Positions 53,898 to 64,000 of a DNA stretch of 64,000 nt are shown in pieces. Position 1 is the first letter of the stretch; each line of letters starts with the position of its first letter. The position numbers and the translations under genes were made by a program. This stretch comes from Octopus sinensis. Taxonomy: Eukaryota. The DNA lies in assembly GCF_006345805.1 (NCBI RefSeq), contig NC_042999.1, positions 124,062,001 to 124,126,000 of the forward strand, read 5' to 3'. Under the pieces are notes generated by a model. That model saw only the letters and a program-made list of their open reading frames with translations. It did not search any database and had not been told where the DNA came from.

Positions 53898-54032
53898 ATC
53901 CTAAGTGTACAGTATTATATATCCATCACAGTTAATCTTACCAATCAGTTTGCACTATTGACAGATGCACAAGTACATATTTTCCTGACATGGACTTTTA
54001 GATGACTTACATGTATGTATGTATGTATGTAT

Positions 54033-54128
<96 letters not shown>

Positions 54129-54281
54129 TAGGCTTCTTTCAGTTTCTGTCTGCCAATTCCACTCAGTAGGCTTTGGTCAGCTTCAGACTATAGTAGAAAA
54201 CACTCGTCCAAGGTACCACACCGTGGAATTGCAACTGGAACCATGTGGTTGGGAAGCAAGCTTCTTACCACACAGCCATGG
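53030..54281 (-). mobile_element. SINE family A split at its microsatellite by several fragments
   Basis: Tail/body 53030-53210 and head 54128-54281 on minus. Confidence 0.7.
53311..53410 (-). mobile_element. Terminal fragment with TIR of the maT element family
   Basis: Reverse complement of 17365-17445, extended by TA-TAGGGTGCAGTGAATAAACTGTC, similar to the left end at 14931. Confidence 0.8.
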
Positions 54282-54576
54282 CTTTGCCTGGTCGAAAACA
54301 CTAAAAAAAGAAAAATTCTTGACTGTCTCTCTTGAGATGATGAGAATAAAGTGAGATTTGTGATGTATCGATGTCAAAGCATAGAAGGAAGTATTTTGAT
54401 TTGGGGGCAAACTTTGAGATACATAGAAGTCAAACTATATGAAGTGAGATCTTTCTATTGAAGGGAACCATTTAACAGTTTTCACTATCAGCCAATGTGA
54501 TCTAAATGTTAATAAGGAAGAATATGAAGAGAATGGAAATGATATGCAGCTGTGTTGCTCATACTAAAGATATTAA

Positions 54577-55080
54577 GTGAGGTTGGTGATGATAATAGTA
54601 ATAATGAAGATGGTTGTGGGGGATTGTGGTGGTAGTTGTGGTCATAGTTATGGACATGATCATGGTGGTGGTAGAGTCAGTGATAGTAGTGGTGAGGGAG
54701 ATGGAGTGACAGTGGCAGTGGTGCTAGTGATAGCAGTAGTGGTGGTGGTAGTGGTGGTGGTGGTGGTGATAATGATGATTTCGATAACAATGACAACAAT
54801 GTTGACAATGATGACGACGATGATGGTAGTGCTGGTGCTGCTGGTGCTGCTGGTGCTGGTGGTGCTGAAAATGGTCATGATCATGATGATTATGATGATG
54901 ATGACGATGATGATGGTGATGGTGGTGGTAGTGACAATGATGGCAGCAGGTGGTAGTGGTGACAGTGACGATGACAATGATGGTAATGATGAAAACGATG
55001 GTGCTAATGACAATGACAATCATGGGGGGCAGGGTGGTAGTGGCAGTGATGACAGTGACAACAATAATGAAAACGATGAT
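54577..55080. repeat. Degenerate (GAT/GGT/GCT)n trinucleotide tract
   Basis: Directly visible; yields low-complexity ORFs only. Confidence 0.9.
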
Positions 55081-56699
55081 AAATATAGAATTAACTACTA
55101 ACATAGCTTCAAGTGAATAAAGTCCCTTTTAGAACCATTTCACAATATTGATTTCTTATGCAAACCAACATTGCTGTAAATCTATAGAGGAGACTTTTCA
55201 ATGTTTATGCATTTCTCAAGAGATTTAGCAATGTAAGTAAAGTGGTATAACTACAACTAGGAATTTAAACTTGGTTGAACACTCATTTTATCGTGAACTT
55301 ACTTCTTCAATACTCACCGTTTTCTAGTTCATAATATTATTTTCTCATGTGGGTACAAAACCACAAATGGCTACATGATAGCAAAATCAGTTACTCTCAT
55401 AATTTTGTATGATTTGATGTGATGCATGATACAGTTCATCTCAGTCTGTTTAACTCAAGGATTCCCAAAGTAAGTATTATAACTTGACCCAAAGAAGCAT
55501 TTGAATAACGAAATATACTTTATGTGAGTATGCTGACTGAGTTTATCTTAGTCAGTGAATGGTACATATTTACATAAGTGAATGTACATAAGTGAATGGT
55601 ACATATTCTGAACTCAGAATACCAAGTGATATAAGTAAAACCAAACAAGGCACTTCCCAGAATGCACTCTATCATCCTTTTGCAATTCACAACATGATTT
55701 CTCCTATAGATTTGCAGTACAAGATCACAAATCTAGAGGAGAATAATATTGTTGAGGCAATCCTATTATATAGATAGTACTTATTGTACAGACCCTTGAG
55801 GAATTACAGAAAAAAATTCCCTTTGGTGAGAATTGAACTCACAATTTGGTGGGTCATAACTTAATACTGTAAAGCATTATGTATAATGCACTAATATTTC
55901 AGCACCTCCACCTCTCTCAGCATATTGGTTATGTATCTACAGTACACAATATTTTAACAATTTTTTTATATAATTCCTAACAATATTTAATATAAGATTT
56001 TTTCATAAATTTTAACAACAAAATCATATATAGAACCCCAATGGTCATATGGAACCTGGTTGAGAACCATTGGTCTAATGCTATACTAAATGATGTTTCT
56101 TAACCTGCTAGAAATAGTAACCTAATCTCTTAGAGATTACACATTGTTGTCTTTAAAAAAAGGAAGGAGGCATTGCACAAATTAGAGCTAAGATACATCA
56201 TGTGAGAGAAAAAGATAGGATGGTCATGATTGGAGGAAACAGTCATTGTAGGTTAACTTGATCAGGCTGTGCTTGGGCTACACAGTGATATCAAAAACTT
56301 CCATCAATGGTTCAAAAATATTTTCCTTTCCAATCTCAATATTTTTTCCACTAATTGTACTGTTGAGGTTAAAGAATCACGTACGACTTTCTAAATTTGT
56401 ATTTTGTCATATGATATCAAGATCTGTTTTAGTCATAATGATATAATCTGTTGACAGAATTAATTGATTCAGACAGTCTTAGCTTCTAAAGTTTAATGAT
56501 TTCTGAGGGGATATTATATCCTGTATTAAAAGGTATTTAGGGGTTGCCTAAATATGATTTACACTTGGAGTGTTTCCATAAGGAACAAAAGTTAGTAAGG
56601 AACAGTTAATTGCAAGAGCATAGATTTGCTAAGTAGATAGCAGTTTACATTTGAAAAAGATAAATTTTGATTAGAATACTTTCAAATCAACAATAGACA

Positions 56700-57097
56700 C
56701 AAGAGTGGCTGTGTGGTATGAAGTTTGCATCCCAACCACATGGTTCTGAGTTCAGTCTCACTGCATGACGTCTTGGGAAAGTGCCTTCTACTACAGCCTC
56801 ACACCAAGTAAAGCCTTGTGAGTGGATTTGGTAAACAGAAAACTAAAGGAGCCTACTGTGTGTGTGTGTGTGTGTGTGTCATTGTGTCTGTGTTTGTCCT
56901 TCACCACCATTTGATAACCAGTGTTGATGAGTTTATGTCTCCATAAAACTTAGCAGTTCAGCAACAGAGACTGATAGAAGTACCAGGCTTAAAAAAAAAT
57001 AATAATTACTGGGGTCAATCCATTCAACTAAAATTATTCAAAGCATTGCCCCAGCATAGCCACAACCTAATTACTGAAACAAATAGAAGATAAAAGA
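56700..57097 (+). mobile_element. SINE family A, full length
   Basis: Homologous to 4279-4814 from head to tail. Confidence 0.88.
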
Positions 57098-57327
57098 AAG
57101 ATGGATGCTATATTAGATTTCATCAAGCTGATGGCTTTGGTACAGATAGAGACTGATAATGGAAGTGAATTGGCCTACACTGAGTGCATCACATCTCTTA
57201 GACTGAGAATTAATCCTTATGGGAATAGTAGAAGATGTCAGAGATAAGGAGTGAAAGAGGATGTTGTGTTATGCAGTTTGATAGATCTGCAAAAAAGGAG
57301 TGTAGGACCAATTTTTCTGAATAATTT

Positions 57328-57718
57328 TTTATTTCTTTATTGCCCACAAGGAGCTAAACTCAGAGGGGACAAATAAGGACAGACATAGGTATTAAATCGA
57401 TTAGATCGACTCCAGTGCGTAACTGATACTTAATTTATCGACCCCGAAAGGATGAAAGGCAAAGTTGACCTCAGCGGAATTTGAACTCAGAACTTTAAGA
57501 CAGACGAAATACCTATTTCTTTACTACCCACAATGGGACAAACAAAGACAGACAATTGGATTAAGTCGATTGTATCGACCCCAGTGCATAACTGGTACTT
57601 ATTTAATCGATTCCGAAAGGATGAAAGGCAAAGTCGACCTCGGCAGAATTTGAACTCAGAACGTAGCGACAGATGAAATACCACTGAGCATTTCACCCGG
57701 CGTGCTAACATTTCTGCC
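57328..57718 (-). mobile_element. Tandem SINE family D dimer
   Basis: Two consecutive copies (57328-57512, 57513-57718) sharing GATGAAAGGCAAAGT.GACCTC.GC.GAATTTGAACTCAGAAC. Confidence 0.85.
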
Positions 57719-58805
57719 GAGGGTGCAGGAGATGAGTTGCAAAAACCATAGAAAAGATGAACAGAAAGAGTTTTAAGTCACTGGTTTAGAAGAAAACAGT
57801 TATCATACACATTTTCAGTTGGTTAGCTTATAAAGTATTTTCTAGGCTGTGAAAACATTTTCTTTAAAAAAAATTGGTAAGTAGATATCCAAATTTTCGA
57901 AATAATCAAAAATATATCATCTATGTTATCTTTAAGGGAGAAAAAATCGATTAAAAAAACATTAAAAATATATTTTAAAAATATTAAAAACAATTGAAAT
58001 TTGATAAATATCAAAATGAAATTTAGTCACAATGTCAAATATTGCTATATGAGACAACCATTTTAATAAATAAATAGTTGCTGGAGGGAATGGAATTAAA
58101 TTTAGATGGATTTCTTTGTCAAATAAATTCCAAACTTAATATTGTTGCATTATTAAAATATAAGATAGACTAATGGAGATGGCTTAGGCAGCACAGAGCA
58201 GGACTTGCTGCATCACTGTTGTACTTGAGAAAACCTATTATACAATGGTAGCCATCTGCATTTTATTTGTTTGGGTTCTTTTATCGTGGAAGGGGGTTAC
58301 ATTAACCAACACCTCATATTTCTAGGAGAGAGATAGAGTTGGTTAAATCAGCCCCAGTGTATGTCAGTAAATAAAATGAGCCAATGAGAAACTGTTGCAT
58401 GGTTGCTTAACCTGCTAAAAACACCAACTAGATCTCTCTCAAATCACACTTTATTGTCTTAAAAGTGGTAGGACAGATTCGACAATATAGTTCTAAATAT
58501 TAAAAAAATAGAAATTGCCACAGATGGTCTGTTTAATTAAAACTGACCCAGGTCTAAACAACAACAGCAGAAAATATTTAAAAAAAAGAAGAAGAAAAAG
58601 AAACAGAGTGCAAAGTAGAGTTTGTCATTGGTAAAAATCATCTCACAAATATTGAAAATTTGTAAGCTCTCATGGAGAAACACAAAATCCAATATTTCAA
58701 ATAAAGCCCTTTTTCATTGAGAAAACAATAATGAGAAAAAACCCAGCCTTGTCAAAATGTTTTCATCTTCACTTATAGACTTATTTATAGCCAGTATACT
58801 TTTTG

Positions 58806-59143
58806 GTGAAGGCACATGGCTCAGTGGTTAGAGTGGCGGGCTCACAATTATGAGGTTGTGAGTTTGATTCCTGGACCAGGCCGTGTGTTGTGTTCTTCAA
58901 CAAGACACTTTATTTCATATTGTTCCAGTTCACTCAGCTGTAGAAATGAGTTACAACATCACTGGTGCCAAGCTGTATCAGACTTTGTCTTTCCTTTGGA
59001 TAACATCAGTGGTGTGGAGAGGAGAGGCTGGTATGCATGGGCAACCACTTGCCCAGACTTGTGCCTTGGAGGGGAACTTTCTAGGTGCAATCCTATTGTC
59101 ATTCATGACCAAAGGGGATCTTTACCTTTTTTACCCTTTTACT
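58806..59143 (+). mobile_element. tRNA-derived SINE (family C)
   Basis: GGCACATGGCTCAGTGGTTAGAG..GAGTTTGATTCC; homolog of 38355-38710. Confidence 0.88.
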
Positions 59144-59799
59144 CTGGCATGAGTTCAGATGGATGAATTAATGGAATACTAGTGTTTAATGCACAGCAAG
59201 AACCACCTTTTAAAAGTAGATGAAATGAGTTAGTTTATAATGATTTCTAACTTTGGCAAGGGGGTCCTTTATTTTGTTCATCTGCAACATTCCACTGTTA
59301 CCTGATTTTATCGACACTAAAAGGATAAAATGCAAAACCAATCCTAAAGGGCCATCTAAAGACATGGGCACATTAGATATTTACTTGCTTTACTTGAGAG
59401 CTTGTAATGATGCAAGATGGCCCTGAATCCTGGAATTGCAACTCAGAACATGAAGACATATTTACTATAATGCCGTTTGACTAATCCAGTTTTTCTCAAC
59501 CATTTTTTCCCTATGAATTCCTTTGATTACTATTTTACTCAACCAGCCACTGCCATGTTTAAAAGATCTTATTATCTTAAATATTATCAGGAATTATATT
59601 AAAAAAGTTGTTAAAATATTGTGAATTGTAGATGCATAACCAATTTATTATTCATAAACTTTAATCACATGGCATTGGTTAATCTGGAGTTATAGTAGAG
59701 GACACTTGTCCAAGGTGCTTTGCTGTAGGACTGAACCTGTAACCATGTGGTTGAGAAGTAAACTTCTTAACCACAGTCACACCTGCAACTATTAAATAA

Positions 59800-60012
59800 T
59801 AATTTCAAATTTTGCCACAAGTCCCGCAGGTTCAGGGTAGTGGGTAAATCAATTACATTGCACCTAGTATTAAACTGGTACATATTTTATCAATCCTGGA
59901 GGGATGAAAGGCAAAGTTGACCTTGGTGAGATTTGAACTCAGAACGTAAAGACAGACAAAATACTGAGAAGCATTTTGCTCATCACATTTAACAATTTTG
60001 TCAGCTCACCAC
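59800..60012 (-). mobile_element. SINE family D variant
   Basis: Reverse-complement homolog of 61255-61467 and 45882-46085. Confidence 0.75.
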
Positions 60013-60251
60013 TTAACTGCACTAATTAAATATTAATAAAAGGAAACAAAAGCGAGGAAGGAATTACATACAATAACAAATACACTAAGACAAAAATATT
60101 ATTATAAAATGAAAAAAAAACTGGAAACACCTTTTAAAGGATAAAAAAAACTTCTCCTGCAGAAGCCCCACCACTGAAATTTGTTTAATCAAATATTATT
60201 GTTACAACTATAGTCTAACCACAAAACAGTTGTAGCAGTTAGCAGATTTAT

Positions 60252-60294
<43 letters not shown>

Positions 60295-60603
60295 TTCTCC
60301 TTTTCTCTCTCTCTCATGCTAGATGCCACCTTTTTTATTATTATATACTATCTTTAGTTGCTATCTGATTTTGGTGTCTAGCAGACACAAACACACATAG
60401 TACAACTGTATATACAATTGATTTTTACAATCTAAGCAGAATATATATGTGTATGTATGTGTGTGTGTGTATGTGTATTTGTATAAATTTGTGTAAATAT
60501 TTAAAATGTAAGGTTGTTGTTGTTTAGTTTCAGATTAACCTTGATCAAACAGAATTATGGTCAAAAGCGTTCCAGTTATGACCCTCCTGCAGTTTGAGAG
60601 ATA

Positions 60604-60831
60604 TTAACCCTTTAGCACTCAGATTATTCTATCATATGTAATACCTATTTATTCACATTGTTTTGAATTAGTCAAGTATTATCTTGAAGCTTTGAGATTT
60701 CAATGATGTGATTGTTTAGTTTTAGAATGACATTGTAGGGTTGGTGTGAGAAGCTAGATCTGGCCAGTTTGAACATAAAATGGGTAAAATATTTGGGCTG
60801 GATATGGTCAGATTAAATGCTAAAGGGTCAA
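60604..60831. mobile_element. piggyBac-type MITE
   Basis: TTAA-CCCTTTAGCA ... TGCTAAAGGG-TCAA, perfect 10-bp TIR. Confidence 0.85.
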
Positions 60832-60952
60832 GTCTATTTAATATGTGTTTTCATTGTTTATTTGAGTAAGGTGTGATTTGAAGATATTTGGCTACAATTT
60901 GTAGCAGGTCAAGTGACCACAAAGACTCTCCCACACTAGCTCCTACTAGGAT

Positions 60953-61121
60953 CAGAGCTATTTTAAGGCATGGGTACACTGAGCAGTTACCCAGGGTCCC
61001 TCACAGGTGTTGGAGGTCAATTCTGAACTATGTACTTTGTAGTTTGCTGTTAATAAAAATGCTAAACGGTTCAGTGTATTGATTTGCCCAAGGGACCTAG
61101 AAAGCTGCTATGATAGTCCTG
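60953..61121. mobile_element. hAT-like MITE (degenerate)
   Basis: CAG...CTG termini, 8-bp imperfect TSD ACTAGGAT/ATTGGGAT; a shorter relative with AGGGCCATCT/AGATGGCCCT TIRs lies at 59348-59425. Confidence 0.45.
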
Positions 61122-61254
61122 ATTGGGATTTGAGGTTTATTATCTGATATGTTGCAGGATTAACCTTCTAAGAAACATTTTACTTTGGTCTTGAAGTAAG
61201 TAGCATCCTCCTCTTTGCTTTGTACCAACTTTATAGATAATACATAGCATAAGT

Positions 61255-61467
61255 AAGGGGCGAACTGGCAGAATCATTAGCACACTGGGCAAAATGCTTA
61301 GCAATATTTTGTCTGTCTTTACATTCTGGATTCAATTTCTGTCAAGGTCGGCTTTATCTTTCATCTTTTCAGTATTGATAAAATAAGTAACAGTTATGCA
61401 ATGGGGCTAATGTCATCAACTTACCACCTACCCTGAAATTGCTGGCTTTGTGCCAAAATTTGAAATA
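61255..61467 (+). mobile_element. SINE family D variant
   Basis: GGCGAACTGGCAGAATCATTAGCAC head and shared body. Confidence 0.75.
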
Positions 61468-61599
61468 CATATAATGCATGAGTATACAGTAGAGACAATA
61501 CCGAATTTTGGCATAAGCTCAATGAGTGAAAGCTTAGGGCCTTAACCAAGTCTAAACCTAACAGTAAGGTGCAGCATTTATTTCTATTAACTAATGGAA

Positions 61600-62470
61600 A
61601 AAGACAGAGCAATATTCATAAACTTTGCAGGCCCTCCTAGACAGATGATATTGATGTGGTTGATATTCAGTTTGAACATCTGTAGGTTGATATCAGAAAG
61701 AAAAATGATATAATTAGGGGAGTAGGTTTTCCAACTGAAGCTCTGAAGAAGAACAAGTGGACGGAGTGTTTAGCAAAAGATGTGCTGAGGTATAAGTACA
61801 AAGTAGTGATGACAAGAGAAAGAGAGAGGAGTCAAGGCTGTCTTAACACTATTATAACCTCCCGCTTCACCTCCCGACTAAGCAATGCACAAAGGCCTCT
61901 ACATGCACATTATCACCATCATCCTTTAATGTCCGGTTTTCCATGCTGGCATAAGTTGGATGGATTGACCAGAGCTGGCAAGCTGCAGAGCTGTACTAGT
62001 CTTCAGTCTGATTTGGCTTGGTTTCTACAGCTGGATGCCCTTCCTAATACCAACCATTTTACAGAGTGCGCTGGGTGCTTCATTTAACATGGACCATCAT
62101 AAGTGCTTTTGATATGGACTAGCATGGATGCTTTTAACGCAGACTGGTACAATTACAATATAAAAAGACTAGCAATAGGTTCCTTGGCCTGTAAATCCCC
62201 TACGTAATTGCCTAGTGCACACAAGCTTCAAAATGGCATGGAGGTGAGTGCAACAGGGGTGCATTAAGGGGCTCTTGGTACAAAACATGATAATTCAGAG
62301 GAACAGGGTATTTGTATTAACGTTACAAGAGACAGAGAAAAGAAACAATGTGTCTATTGCAGTGTATCGGTGGCTGAATCTTTGCCAATAATGTTCTTTT
62401 CGATGCAATCTGGAATGTATGTATGTGCAGCAACAAGCATTGTCCTAGTTATGGGAGCAGTGCAGCAATG
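61600..62470 (-). pseudogene. Highly decayed CR1-group LINE 3' region interrupted by an RTE-tail element (61915-62150)
   Basis: Minus fragments IIGKDSATDTLQ..CSSELSCFVP and IFLSDINLQMFKLNINHI resemble the CR1-type ORF2 end and the 41100-41465 remnant. Confidence 0.45.
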
Positions 62471-62622
62471 TGGGTCACATGACCCCTGTAGAGAAGTAGA
62501 AACAGATTAGATAAACACTCAAAAACAAAAATTAAAAATGCATTAAGAATATGTATAGAGTTATGTCTATATTTATATGTATATATCTATGCATACACAT
62601 ATGTATAAATGATTATTAGTAT

Positions 62623-62659
<37 letters not shown>

Positions 62660-62725
62660 GAAAGTATGTATCAAATTATGCAGGAATATGAAAGGATATA
62701 TACATACATACATACATACATATAT

Positions 62726-62790
<65 letters not shown>

Positions 62791-63389
62791 TACACACATA
62801 CGTGCACACATATATACACAAACATACTTTCACTCAGCAAATAGAAGGGAGATTTTTATGATTTGACTGATTTGACTGTACAAGTGGTGGTGGTGGTGGT
62901 GGTGGTGGTGATGGTGGTATTATAGGAAGAGGAGAAGAGGTGGTGGAGGGGGAGGAGGGGAGGGGAGGAGAAGAGGAGGAGGAGGTGGTGGTGGTGGAGG
63001 GGGGGGAGGAGGAAGGGGAGGCAAACAAACAAACAAACAAACAAACAAATAAGTAACTAAAAATGTACAACATGACAGCACTGAAAAATTGCAACAATTA
63101 ACAGTTCTTAGGAAAGCAAACACTCCTTATTTTTACCTACCTCTCTTCGTACCCAATTCTTCAAACAGTAGAGCATTCCTTATCGATTCTCACACCACAC
63201 TTGCCACATCTTTGAATATTCTTCAAATAATATCCGACAGCCAAATACAATAAATCAATATCATATATATAAATCATTAATGTAAGGAATATGCAAATTA
63301 GATTATTATTTTGTTTCTGTTTTTTGTCTTTTTGTGTCCTTTATTTTCCTATGTTTTTTTTTTTATTTTTCATTGTAAAACGGAAACAT

Positions 63390-63469
63390 TCAAGATAACA
63401 ATAACAACAACAGCAGCAGCAATACCAACAACAACAACAGCAACCAAAACAACAACAACAATGATAATG

Positions 63470-63516
<47 letters not shown>

Positions 63517-63613
63517 GATGATGATGATGATAATAATAAGAAGAATGATAATGATAATAACAACAACAACAACAACCAAAACAATAACAACAATGATAAT
63601 AATAATAATAATA

Positions 63614-63655
<42 letters not shown>

Positions 63656-63708
63656 TAATAACAACAACAACAACAATAAGAATAACAACAACAATAATAA
63701 CAATTATA
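63390..63708. repeat. (AAT/AAC)n compound trinucleotide tract
   Basis: Directly visible. Confidence 0.95.
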
Positions 63709-64000
63709 AAACAGAAAAAAACAAAAAGACATAACACAAATATAACACATGAAATAAATAAAATTTAACAATTATCTGATTTTGTTTTCATTCCTTCCCC
63801 TGATCTATTTTTATAAGTGAGAAAATTATTTTTATAGCTTTCTTGATTATAGCACGCTATTCTAATACTTACTTTATTTTATAATTTACTCGGTTAATGG
63901 AAAATACTGTGCAAAGTGCAATATAGACACAGAAATGTACACACACATACACACACACACGCACACACACATATATACATGCACATATACATGCATGCAT

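Noticed and set aside
54577-55104. 174-aa hydrophobic/acidic ORF and antisense His-rich ORFs
   Set aside because: Degenerate trinucleotide tract with no domain or splice context.
62883-63021. G-rich tract with quadruplex potential
   Set aside because: Ordinary (GGT/GGA)n low complexity that recurs elsewhere; no evidence of function.
63311-63771. Poly-I/L/Y ORFs
   Set aside because: (AAT/AAC)n microsatellite translation.

Overview
AT-rich, repeat-saturated eukaryotic non-coding DNA (large intron or intergenic). The SINE families and the extreme (TA)n/(TATG)n/(AAT)n density resemble coleoid cephalopod (Octopus-type) genomes; this is recognition, not a database result. I found no intact host protein-coding gene, and almost every listed ORF is microsatellite translation. 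Supported content: decayed Tc1/mariner/maT transposases, one split by a 1.25-kb solo LTR with a 4-bp TSD; three Helitrons plus a fourth end, one carrying a captured LINE ORF1-like fragment and one a Pif1-helicase tail; RTE, CR1-like and R4/Dong-like LINE remnants; piggyBac-type MITEs; and many tRNA-headed SINEs. The most interesting signal is six long fold-back (inverted-repeat) elements in or beside dinucleotide microsatellites. One carries a minimal hammerhead ribozyme in each arm. Separately, a tRNA-headed element ends in a minimal hammerhead (Penelope/retrozyme-like). Arm mismatches are skewed toward G.U on the + strand, and a 27-nt microexon candidate also lies on +. Coordinates of decayed repeats are approximate and all alignments were done by hand.
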